Made by a program: the position numbers and the translations under genes. The notes under the pieces were generated by a model. The model did not search any database, was not told the origin of the DNA, and was given only the letters and a program-made list of their open reading frames with translations. Positions 1 to 9,227 of a DNA stretch of 64,000 bases are shown piece after piece; within the stretch, counting starts at the first letter, position 1, and every line of letters starts with the position of its first letter. The DNA lies in the IMG/VR virus record IMGVR_UViG_3300028048_000040, positions 1-64,000 of that record, one strand, 5' to 3'. This DNA comes from a virus. Its lineage: Duplodnaviria > Caudoviricetes.

Positions 1-131
1 CTTGCTCATATAGGGGGGGGGGGTAATAATTATCAATCTCTCTTATCTATATGGGTAAATAGATCATCATTCATTCTAAATAATAATTGGAATTATTGCC
101 CTCCGATTATTGTTTAGGATGGTGTGAACTA

Positions 132-839
132 ATGAATTTTTTAATTAGACTAAAAGCTGATGAAAATGGATTTTATGATTTAGTAGAAGAAAATACATGG
201 GAAACAAGTCCAGCAGTTGCAACGTGTGATTTAACTGAATTAAATGTTAAAGGTTATGCAATAGATTTGACTCAAAATACATCTGCACTATCATTTCCTA
301 GAATGACTGCAGCTAATTGTTCTTTTTTTGGAAATACATATACAAAATTTACTGTTAGAAGCTGGATTTTTACATCTGAAAATACAAGAACATCACAATT
401 TAGATTAGGATTTGGCAAACCTGGGTCTTCTCCAGTTGGATGGCAATTTATATTACAACCTTCAAATTTTAGATTTGGTTGGCAAACTTCTAGTTCTGGA
501 GGAGTAAGTTTATCTTTACCTCAAAAAATTTCTGCTTATCAATGGTATTATCTAGAATTCTCTTTTGATTCTGGAATTATATCATGTTATATGAATGGAG
601 AATATATTGGAACTATTAATAGTATAAAATATAAAACATATATAGATTTTACTAATAGTTCTTGGCAATTTTGGATAGGAAACTGGTTCTATTCTGATAA
701 TTATTCAGGCAATAGAACAAGATCTCTTTATTATGATACAATCATGATAGATGATATATTAGAAGACCATTCTATGCCAAAATTACTACTACCAAATGTC
801 AATATGATATATAATAACATAAAAACATTTAATACTTAA
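132..839 (+). CDS. LamG/concanavalin A-like domain protein (probable virion adhesin)
   Basis: FTVRSWI, WYYLEFSFDSG..SCYMNG, FWIG and YYDTIMI match the LamG_3 pattern. ATG at 132 follows an SD-like sequence; the ORF track starts at TTG 87. Confidence 0.65.
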   Translation: MNFLIRLKADENGFYDLVEENTWETSPAVATCDLTELNVKGYAIDLTQNTSALSFPRMTAANCSFFGNTYTKFTVRSWIFTSENTRTSQFRLGFGKPGSSPVGWQFILQPSNFRFGWQTSSSGGVSLSLPQKISAYQWYYLEFSFDSGIISCYMNGEYIGTINSIKYKTYIDFTNSSWQFWIGNWFYSDNYSGNRTRSLYYDTIMIDDILEDHSMPKLLLPNVNMIYNNIKTFNT

Positions 840-925
840 ATTTCATCCTCTAGGTTTATCCTAGAGGATAATTCTTTGTCTATAGTACAGCTAGATAAGA
901 TGATTATATTATAGGGGGTATTATC

Positions 926-1696
926 ATGGTAATAAATACATTTAAAGAGTTTAGTGAATTTTTAGAACAAGTAGAGATTAATGTAGATGATTATATGTTG
1001 GATGACTCTCCACAGTTAGATTATCCAAAACAAGCAGGCAGAATGTGGTATGAGAATACTAATCTATGGTCAGTTGTATTTTCTGATGGTCATTTAAAAC
1101 CAGCACAGAAATATCTAGTAAAGAAGTTCTTTGATAAAGCAGCTGATACTAAATTATTTGTAGAGTGTTTCATTCCATTATATGAAATGGGTAAGATGAA
1201 GAAAAAGTATGTGATGGATTACTTTTATAAAGCAGATCATAAAAAGCTAGATATGGAATCTATTCTATTCCACGCTATAGGAGAAAAAAGAGGTTTATTT
1301 AGAGAACTTCTTACATTCTATCAGAAAAATCATATTAAGTTAGAAAGATCTGATTGCTATGGTAATCTAGAGAATGGATCTGGTTTAATTACAGCAATCT
1401 CCAAAGGATCTAAGAGAATAACCAATCTATTACTATCTAATGGTGCTAATCCTAATATGAGAGAAGGGTTACCATTACTTCTTGCAGTCAAGAATGGTTA
1501 TTATACTATTGCTTTAGATTTATTAAAACATGGTGCTGATATTCATGATAGAAATGATCTTGTCTATAGAACATTTTTAAAGAATGAAGATAAGAGATAT
1601 TGTCCAGAAGGGGAGGAACAATCTCATAATACACTGTTGTTTATGTTTAAGAATGCAGAATGCAAATCAGGAAGGGAGAAAGTAAACAATGGCTGA
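926..1696 (+). CDS. ankyrin repeat protein
   Basis: C-terminal repeats LITAISKG..RITNLLLSNGANPN and PLLLAVKNGYYTIALDLLKHGADIH. Confidence 0.85.
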   Translation: MVINTFKEFSEFLEQVEINVDDYMLDDSPQLDYPKQAGRMWYENTNLWSVVFSDGHLKPAQKYLVKKFFDKAADTKLFVECFIPLYEMGKMKKKYVMDYFYKADHKKLDMESILFHAIGEKRGLFRELLTFYQKNHIKLERSDCYGNLENGSGLITAISKGSKRITNLLLSNGANPNMREGLPLLLAVKNGYYTIALDLLKHGADIHDRNDLVYRTFLKNEDKRYCPEGEEQSHNTLLFMFKNAECKSGREKVNNG

Positions 1697-2438
1697 TAAT
1701 GGCTTACCTTCTTTTATTAGACAAGAGAAAGAAGCTCTTGTCTTTAATGGTAAGGATCAAGAGATGCTTGCATATATACCAGAGAAGTTCTTTGAAAGAA
1801 ATATAGCAGAAATAGAAGGAAATGTAGTCAATCTATTAGGTATATTTCCTTATACTGTACAAGATAAGAAGACTGGTAAGAATATAGGACTAAAGAACTT
1901 TAGATATCCTACTCCTATATATACAGAACCATATAAGATAGATAAAGTGAAACAGATTACTCTTACCAAGAACTCTATGCCTGAAGACTATAGAATCTTT
2001 AGATATCAAGATGGTGATGCTGTAGTATCTAATGTGCAGACAGTACAGTTTGTTGGTAATGTAGAAAAAGTAATCAACATGTTCTATATTCTAGGTTATA
2101 TTCCTAACACAATCAAATATACTGACTTAGTAGATTATATCTTTGAAACTATGCATATCAATGGTAATGATTGTGAACTTAATGCTCAGATAGTTGGTAT
2201 TACTATATCTGAAGTATGCAGAGGAATCAATGATATATCTAAACCATATAGATTAACTAAGACTACAGATGAAAATGCATATAGATCTATATCTATTAAA
2301 GAAGTATCTAAGTTTACTTCTGCTTATACTGCATTAATCTCTGAAGACTTTGATGAATCTCTAATGTATGCATTGATGAATAATGATCCAAAAGAAACTC
2401 CATTAGAGAGAGTTCTTGTTGGTACTGATAATACTTAA
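1689..2438 (+). CDS. probable extreme C-terminal fragment of RNA polymerase beta' (likely virion RNAP)
   Basis: The C-terminus (IVGITISEVCR...SISIKEVSKFTSAYTALISEDFDESL..AL...TPLERVL) parallels beta' region H and the end of 12214..14490. It lies in a late-promoter operon. Confidence 0.5.
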   Translation: MADNGLPSFIRQEKEALVFNGKDQEMLAYIPEKFFERNIAEIEGNVVNLLGIFPYTVQDKKTGKNIGLKNFRYPTPIYTEPYKIDKVKQITLTKNSMPEDYRIFRYQDGDAVVSNVQTVQFVGNVEKVINMFYILGYIPNTIKYTDLVDYIFETMHINGNDCELNAQIVGITISEVCRGINDISKPYRLTKTTDENAYRSISIKEVSKFTSAYTALISEDFDESLMYALMNNDPKETPLERVLVGTDNT

Positions 2439-2451
2439 GGAGGTTATAATA

Positions 2452-2787
2452 ATGGCATCTGATACTCCATCTATTGTAGTAACTCCAACAACATCTACCA
2501 CTTCTTTTTTTACCGCTGATCTTGCTCGAATAGAAACAGATAAAGCAATAAAAACTAAAGAAAATAATTATAGAGAAACTAAATTGAATCAAATACTCAG
2601 TGTGACTAATGGTATTATATTAAAACAATCCAAAACTGGTGCTGATTTTATTATCTTAGATTATATATCTTCATCATCAGATAGAGATTGGTTTAGAAAT
2701 AAACTTATTGAAAATGGTTATACTGTAGAAGATTATAGTTATCAAAAAAATGGTCATACAGTAACAACCCTAAAAGTTAAATGGTAA
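2452..2787 (+). CDS. hypothetical protein
   Basis: AAGGAGG SD precedes ATG 2452. Confidence 0.7.
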   Translation: MASDTPSIVVTPTTSTTSFFTADLARIETDKAIKTKENNYRETKLNQILSVTNGIILKQSKTGADFIILDYISSSSDRDWFRNKLIENGYTVEDYSYQKNGHTVTTLKVKW

Positions 2788-2825
2788 ATACTATAAAATA
2801 GGCTTCCCTGCCAGTTTCCTTCTTG

Positions 2826-2837
2826 AACATCATTATA
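2826..2837 (+). promoter_or_regulatory. late-type promoter AACA-N6-TA for the sheath/tube operon
   Basis: AACATCATTATA matches the AR9 late promoter consensus; the same motif recurs before most structural genes. Confidence 0.7.
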
Positions 2838-2959
2838 ATCGAGAGCTTTTGCAATAAGCTCCAATTATAATAACAACTAAAGATATTACTATAATGAAGT
2901 TATTTTTTCTTTCTTAAGAATATTATAGTAAATTTCTTACAAAAAAGGAGGAAAAATCA

Positions 2960-4987
2960 ATGGCAATCCCTGCTGTGAATATTATTTGGGACGATCAATC
3001 TCAGATTGATAGAACTGATAGTCTTCTTAATGAAGATAATGTTGATCGCCCTATAGTTATGACAGTTATTACGGCAGATAAGGGGCCTGAGGAATGGAAA
3101 CATAGAGTGTTTGGTAAAGACTTCTATGATTATTATGGTGAAACTCCATCATTTTCCGTACATGGTCAGCCTCTAATTCAAGCTGCCAACGTTATTGATG
3201 CCGGTGGTTATCTTACAGTTAGACGTGTTATGCCCCCTGAGGCTCAGCTAGCAACTATTGGTGTATATGCTGAACTAAGCTATAGTTCTGTACAGTATGT
3301 TCAGCAACCAGGTGAAATGCCTGTTTGGGTAAACAATGATGATGGATCTACTGTATTATCTGTTAGCAATCCTGCACCTGGTGTAAAAGCTTCTGATGGT
3401 ATTACTGATTTATGGAGTCCAGTAATGACAAATGATGTTACAGTTGATTTTAAACAGATCAACTATCAGATTCCATATGCTGGTCCTAATTCAGATTCTC
3501 CAAATGATCCAGCACAATACGCAAATCTACTTTATACTGATTATGCTCATACTGGTGGTGTAATGTCTAATAATCAGACATATGCACTATTCATGATTAC
3601 TGATAATGGTCGTGGTGTATCTAATAAGAGATTCCGCATCTCTCGTGATACCACTGCTTCTAAACCTGTTCAGTATGTTCGTTACTTCCTGGATGTAATG
3701 GAAGGTGACAAGACTTTAGAGACTCTTGCTTTCACAATGGATCCAGATATCATTGAGAAAGATAGAAATATGTCTCTTAAGAATGTAATTTATCAGCAGT
3801 CTAAACAGCTTCGTTGTGTATTCTTCGATGAAGAATATGAAGCTATGTGCGATAACATTGCAACACTTCTTAACTGGTCTAGTTCTAATATTTCCACTAC
3901 TCCAATTTCTCTGACACCAGAAGAACTCCGTAGAGCAGACCCACTTTTTGGTACTGATTTCTATGGCAATAAGATTCCTAATCTTAATATCACTAATGAT
4001 CTGAATAACGTATTCGGTATTCAGCTTGAGGGTGGTACTAATGGTTGGAAGAAATTGGATAAATCTGGTAAAACAGTAGATACAAATTATCCATTAGAAT
4101 CTTTACAATATACTCCTAAAGTTAGAGAAGCATTTGCTGGAGAACCAGACCCATCTACAGATTTTATTGTCCCGTCTGATGATGTATTCGATTTTGATAA
4201 TAATCGTATTGATGCTGTTTTTGATGCAAATTATCCAAATGCTGTTAAGAGAGCAATTGAAGACCTTGCAGCATTTCGTGAAGACTTTGTATACTTCCGT
4301 GATATGGGTCTTGGCCTGAAGAATACTGTTTCTATTCAGACTGCTGACCAACTTAATTTAAAGAGTAGATATTGTGCAACTTATGTAAACTCTTATGATA
4401 TCTATGACCCATATACTCGTAAACAGATTTCTGTTACTGTTACTTATGACTTAGCTCGTCTGTTTGTAAAACACTTTATCAATGGTAGAGCTCGTCCATT
4501 CTGTGGTATTAAATATGGTGTGGTTATTCCTCAGGATGATTTTGTTCCTGGTACTCTTAACTTTGCACCAAAACGTACTCCAACTCAAGATCAAAGACAA
4601 ATCTTTGATGACTTGAGAATTAACTATCTCTCCTTCTATGACGGTACTATTCTGGCTATGAACTCTGAATATACTTCTCAGACTCAATATACTCAGCTGA
4701 GCTGGATTAATAACGTTCTTGCTGTACAGCAAGTTATTAAAGCTATTCGTGTTCTCTGTCCAAAGATTCGTTATAGCTTCCTGGATGGTGAAGATCTCCA
4801 GAGATATAAGAAAGATGTTAATGAGCTTATCATTGATAAATATTCTAGTCTGTTTAAGTCCTTTACAATTGAATATGTAGAAAACTCTCAGTATGATTCT
4901 AACAAGATCATCTATGCAGTTCTCAAAGTTCAGTTCAGAAACTTCATTCAGACTGAAGTATTTAAGATTATTGCTCTACAGTCTTAA
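2960..4987 (+). CDS. tail sheath protein
   Basis: 675 aa. N-terminal KGP..F...YG...HGQP motif, IDAVFDANYP, and sheath-like C-terminus (RINYL, LSWINNVLAV, VQFRN). It is adjacent to a tube-sized gene. Confidence 0.85.
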   Translation: MAIPAVNIIWDDQSQIDRTDSLLNEDNVDRPIVMTVITADKGPEEWKHRVFGKDFYDYYGETPSFSVHGQPLIQAANVIDAGGYLTVRRVMPPEAQLATIGVYAELSYSSVQYVQQPGEMPVWVNNDDGSTVLSVSNPAPGVKASDGITDLWSPVMTNDVTVDFKQINYQIPYAGPNSDSPNDPAQYANLLYTDYAHTGGVMSNNQTYALFMITDNGRGVSNKRFRISRDTTASKPVQYVRYFLDVMEGDKTLETLAFTMDPDIIEKDRNMSLKNVIYQQSKQLRCVFFDEEYEAMCDNIATLLNWSSSNISTTPISLTPEELRRADPLFGTDFYGNKIPNLNITNDLNNVFGIQLEGGTNGWKKLDKSGKTVDTNYPLESLQYTPKVREAFAGEPDPSTDFIVPSDDVFDFDNNRIDAVFDANYPNAVKRAIEDLAAFREDFVYFRDMGLGLKNTVSIQTADQLNLKSRYCATYVNSYDIYDPYTRKQISVTVTYDLARLFVKHFINGRARPFCGIKYGVVIPQDDFVPGTLNFAPKRTPTQDQRQIFDDLRINYLSFYDGTILAMNSEYTSQTQYTQLSWINNVLAVQQVIKAIRVLCPKIRYSFLDGEDLQRYKKDVNELIIDKYSSLFKSFTIEYVENSQYDSNKIIYAVLKVQFRNFIQTEVFKIIALQS

Positions 4988-5010
4988 GAGAAAGGTGAGG
5001 TGAAATAACA

Positions 5011-5949
5011 ATGGCAAATCCAACTCCTGAGAAACAAACTAATATCTTTAGTGATACTATGGTACCAAGAGAAGTAACCTCATTCACTCTTATGCGTGGT
5101 GTTACAGATTTCTCAAATCTGCAGCAGTATGACCTCTTTGAGACTGGTTATAGTTTCCTTGTGTGCTTACAGATTCCTAAGTTCTTAAGTGAAGCTAAGA
5201 AGATGAATGATTCTTATAAGACTCTTATTGACTCTTATGGTCATATCATTGAATATGACTTCACAGGTGCTCAGGGTATTGAAGATATGAGTACTGAAAC
5301 TGGTGCTCTTACAAACAATATTGATACTCTCAATATTATCACTAGAGTAACAGAACAGTCTGGTACCAACTTCTCTATGAACTATTTCGAGAGATCTGGT
5401 GCTATTATCACTAAGACTCATGAATTGTTCCTCCGTGGTATCAAAGATCCAAGAACTCAGCTCAAGAGATATCTTGGTCTGATTACTGGTCCACGTACTA
5501 ATACTGAGAATACTCATGATTCTAGTCAGCTTACTGCTATGGAAGCTGCTTATCAGAATGAGGTATTCCACTATCTACTCATTGTAACAGACAATACTGG
5601 ATACAATGTTGAGAAATCTTTCATCCTTGCTTCTGCACAGCCTTCTCAGGCTAATACCTCTATTTACAATGTAACTAAAGGTGAAATTGGCTTCAGTCAG
5701 ATTGCAGTTCAGATGAATGCATTCCCAATTACTGGTCGTCTTGTTAATAACAAAGCAGCTAAACTGCTTGAATATATTAATAAAGCAACCTGCTTCGATG
5801 AAATGGAATTCGGTTACAATATTCTTGGTGACGAGAATAGCAGTGGTGTTAACCTTGATGAAATTGGTCAGTCCATGACTGCATCCAAAGTATTCAATGG
5901 TTCTGATTCCATCGTTGATAAAGTAGATAATCAAAAACGTTCATACTAA
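5011..5949 (+). CDS. tail tube protein
   Basis: Directly follows the sheath gene; F.MNYFERSG..I...HE.F..GIKDP pattern; 312 aa. Confidence 0.7.
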   Translation: MANPTPEKQTNIFSDTMVPREVTSFTLMRGVTDFSNLQQYDLFETGYSFLVCLQIPKFLSEAKKMNDSYKTLIDSYGHIIEYDFTGAQGIEDMSTETGALTNNIDTLNIITRVTEQSGTNFSMNYFERSGAIITKTHELFLRGIKDPRTQLKRYLGLITGPRTNTENTHDSSQLTAMEAAYQNEVFHYLLIVTDNTGYNVEKSFILASAQPSQANTSIYNVTKGEIGFSQIAVQMNAFPITGRLVNNKAAKLLEYINKATCFDEMEFGYNILGDENSSGVNLDEIGQSMTASKVFNGSDSIVDKVDNQKRSY

Positions 5950-6072
5950 TATATAAACCCCATTTCAAAGTATTCCCTAATAAGTATCTCCCAAGGCCTG
6001 TCGCTGGCCTTGGGAGAATTTATGTCTTAAACAGTTTGATAATCGGAATACTCTAGTATTGGAGGGAATACA

Positions 6073-8481
6073 TTGAAAAAGAGAGAAATAGACTTTTCTA
6101 TGATGAATCCTAAACAGAATATCAAGATTGCTAAGAACATTCAGAACAATATAAATGATATCTATCAGAATACATACTATTCTGATAATAAGGATTCCTC
6201 TTATATTGAAAACATTAGAAGAAAGATGGATCTTGATCTTAACTATCTTCAAGATAAAAATAAGATCCGTAATAATGGCGTAAATATCTCTGATCTATAT
6301 GCTAAGACATTAGCTAAGACAGATGAGGGAGTTATTAAAGAACTTAGAGGAGCATTACAAGATGAATCCATGATTACAGATATCATGGATATGTATTCTA
6401 AGAATGCTATTATCAAAGACCTAGATAGAGAGATAGATGTAGTATGTAAGTATATGCCTAAACTAGATCAAGCATTAGATATTAAAGCAGATCATGTTAT
6501 GAGTGCTGATCACTTTAATAGTGATCCACTAGAACTTACAATCAATAACAATGATTCCAATGCATCTACTAACTCTAATCCTAAATTTGGGCAGAAGAAA
6601 GACTTAGATTCTTTCAAAGAGAAATATGATATTTATAATAAAGCAAGAGCTTGGTATGAGAAAGCTGCTAAATATGGAGAATGCCCTGTATATATAACTT
6701 CATACAATAAAGCTTTACAAAGAGTAATGCAAAGAACTGGTAAATCAGACTTATTATCAGAATCTGCTATTACTGAAGCAGTGAATAGTGTTTCTGTTCC
6801 ATTAAAGTTCTCTTATACTATTCCTATTAATGAATCTATGAATGATTCAGAATTAGTAATAGAGAATAATGGAGCTATTAAAGAAGGATATACTGATATA
6901 GAGGTCGAATTAAACCCCTCAGGAGTAATACCCAGTATACTTACACAGCAAACCACTCTCAGACGCGTTTTACGAGAATCTCGTGGCGTATTTCAGGCTA
7001 AGGGCGTCAAATCTGACGACACATTACTTAGTAATGTAGGGTATCTGAAAAATATGAATAAAGAATTTCAGAAATTTGCTAAAGAAGGAGGTTCTTTAAA
7101 ACAACCTACAGCATTAGTAATTGATGGATTCTCTGATAGAGAAAAAAAGAAAAAAGAAGCTGCTAATATAGATGTAGCAGGAGCTGTTATTAAAGTTCTA
7201 GATAGAAGTATGCTCAAACCTTTATACATTGATGATACTTGTCTAGGATATTATTATATAGAAACTTCTGGTGGTATGAAGTTTGAAGAACAAACTACAT
7301 TCACATCTACATTAGGTGGTTTAAGACCTAGAAGATCTACTAGAGATAGAGAAGATCTGGATAAGAAATCTCAAATAGATGATGTATTGATTAAGATAGC
7401 TAGAAGAATATCTCAAAAGATAGATGCTAACTTCATCAATGCTAATCAGGATCTTACCCAAGAGATCTATGCTATTCTTAAATACAATGCAGATCATGGT
7501 GCTAATAGTAAAGTAGGTAAGATTAGAATAACGTTCTTGCCTCCAGAAGATGTAGTAATGATTGCATTTGATATTAATGAAAATACTCATAGAGGAAGAT
7601 CTGATCTTTATAAATCTCTATTCCCTGCTAAACTATATTCTTGCTTGTATATCTCTAATACTATTGCTCTACTTACTAGAGGATATGATAAGAGAATTTA
7701 TCAAGTAAGACAGACGGTAGATACTAATATCTCTGGTGTATTGATGAATGTTATTAACCAGATTAAACAGTCTAACTTCAATCTAAGACAGATTGAGAAC
7801 ATGAATAACATCATGAATATTACTGGTAGATTTAATGATCTAGTAATTCCTCAGAATGCTAATGGTGAATCTCCTATCAACTTTGAAGTATTACCTGGTC
7901 AGAATATAGAGATTAAAACAGAACATATGAACTCTCTAGAAGAAATGGCAGTAGATCTTACTGGTGTTACTATAGAGATGATTAATTCTCGTAAGGATGA
8001 ACAGACTGCTACTCATATTACTATGACCAACTCTAGATTCCTTATGAAGATTTATGCTAGACAGCAAGCATATCAGAAGTTCTTATCTCTAATCTGTACT
8101 AAGATTTATCAAGCAGAGTATGATACTACTGATACAGTAGAAGTTAAACTTCCACCTCCTGCATTCCTTAACTTTACAAATGTAACACAGCTTCTTGGCT
8201 TAGGTGGAGAGCTAATCAACAATATTGTTCAGATGAAGATGGGTGCTGAACAAGATGAAGAAGTTAAAGCAGAGTTTATTGGTAAATTGATGAGATACTA
8301 TTATGAAACCTTCTTACCAATGGATGAAATAGATAAACTGGCAGATGAAGCAAAAATAGAAGTAGAAGCAAGAAGACCTTCTGATCAAGTTGCTGCTGCT
8401 AGTATGCCACAACAAGGTGGTACTGAAGAAATGCCAAATACTGAAGGACCTCAAATGGGTGAACAACCACAACAATTTTAA
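6073..8481 (+). CDS. portal protein
   Basis: T4 gp20-like landmarks: LDQALDIKADHV, AKYGE..VY, TRGYDKRIYQV, DLVIP...PI..EVLPG. GGAGG SD with TTG start; late promoter at 6030-6041. Confidence 0.75.
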   Translation: MKKREIDFSMMNPKQNIKIAKNIQNNINDIYQNTYYSDNKDSSYIENIRRKMDLDLNYLQDKNKIRNNGVNISDLYAKTLAKTDEGVIKELRGALQDESMITDIMDMYSKNAIIKDLDREIDVVCKYMPKLDQALDIKADHVMSADHFNSDPLELTINNNDSNASTNSNPKFGQKKDLDSFKEKYDIYNKARAWYEKAAKYGECPVYITSYNKALQRVMQRTGKSDLLSESAITEAVNSVSVPLKFSYTIPINESMNDSELVIENNGAIKEGYTDIEVELNPSGVIPSILTQQTTLRRVLRESRGVFQAKGVKSDDTLLSNVGYLKNMNKEFQKFAKEGGSLKQPTALVIDGFSDREKKKKEAANIDVAGAVIKVLDRSMLKPLYIDDTCLGYYYIETSGGMKFEEQTTFTSTLGGLRPRRSTRDREDLDKKSQIDDVLIKIARRISQKIDANFINANQDLTQEIYAILKYNADHGANSKVGKIRITFLPPEDVVMIAFDINENTHRGRSDLYKSLFPAKLYSCLYISNTIALLTRGYDKRIYQVRQTVDTNISGVLMNVINQIKQSNFNLRQIENMNNIMNITGRFNDLVIPQNANGESPINFEVLPGQNIEIKTEHMNSLEEMAVDLTGVTIEMINSRKDEQTATHITMTNSRFLMKIYARQQAYQKFLSLICTKIYQAEYDTTDTVEVKLPPPAFLNFTNVTQLLGLGGELINNIVQMKMGAEQDEEVKAEFIGKLMRYYYETFLPMDEIDKLADEAKIEVEARRPSDQVAAASMPQQGGTEEMPNTEGPQMGEQPQQF

Positions 8482-8489
8482 CATTAAAC

Positions 8490-8587
8490 TCCCACTGCTC
8501 TGTTTCGAGCAGTGGGAATCTATAAGGAGGTATATATTAACAACAACAAGCAAAACAGAAAATGATACCGGCATATCATCATCCATT
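8490..8587 (-). ncRNA. candidate late small RNA with anti-SD (ACCUCCUUA)
   Basis: GACA-N6-TA promoter at 8598-8587, 5' hairpin 8562-8579, U-rich tract with CCUCCUUA at 8530-8523, and terminator hairpin 8490-8517. Confidence 0.45.
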
Positions 8588-8650
8588 ATACTATTGTCAA
8601 AAAAAATGAGGGACCTTTTTACAGGTCCCTCATTTAAGCTAATTTGTAGA

Positions 8651-9094
8651 TTAGTAATTAATCTTGCTGGGAAGGTTCACCTCTTTCTTTTTTCCTTTTT
8701 TGTTTTCCGAGATCAGATGGCTGAGCATCTTGGAAATATTTTCCAAGACCTCATCCTGCTTCTCGATGCGCTCCTCCAGCGCAGTGATGCCGAGGTTATT
8801 TTTCAGATTCTGGATACGCTCTTCGCGTTCCTTCATCTTATCTTCTGCGTCGGCTTCTGCGGCTTCATTGATGTTTTCAAACTGCTTCTGGCGATACTGG
8901 TTAAGTACCATATTGCCAATAGCGAGAGCACCATCAATAGCCATCCATTTGGCATTGGTGGCTTTCTTACTCTCCTTAATGAGCTCATCTTTGCTCGGAG
9001 CTTTTTCTGCCAGCTCTGCCAAGGTATCCTTGTTCTGAGCATTAGCTGCTGCAAAAGCGTTAACCAGGTTGAAGATTTCATTTACGTTTGCCAT
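8651..9094 (-). CDS. early hypothetical coiled-coil protein
   Basis: Has its own early promoter (9154-9170), AGGAGG SD and terminator (8599-8635). It is visibly more GC-rich than its neighbours. Confidence 0.8.
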   Translation of the reverse strand: MANVNEIFNLVNAFAAANAQNKDTLAELAEKAPSKDELIKESKKATNAKWMAIDGALAIGNMVLNQYRQKQFENINEAAEADAEDKMKEREERIQNLKNNLGITALEERIEKQDEVLENISKMLSHLISENKKGKKKEVNLPSKINY

Positions 9095-9153
9095 GATGAA
9101 TTTCCTCCTTAAATAACTTATGAACTACATCTTCTTGTGTAATTCTTCTATTC

Positions 9154-9170
9154 ATCACTGCTATAATATA
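9154..9170 (-). promoter_or_regulatory. early-type promoter TATATTAT-N4-GTGAT
   Basis: The motif recurs at 14591, 14893, 24612, 25129, 25811, 29228, 29895, 31693 and 62519 on the - strand, and at 15713 and 18712 on the + strand. Confidence 0.7.
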
Positions 9171-9227
9171 CAATTGAAATATACTAATTTTACAAAAAAT
9201 AAGGTATAGGGATTTCTCCCTATACCT

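Noticed and set aside
8390-9112. 240-aa + strand ORF
   Set aside because: It is the antisense shadow of 8651..9094, which has a promoter, SD and terminator.
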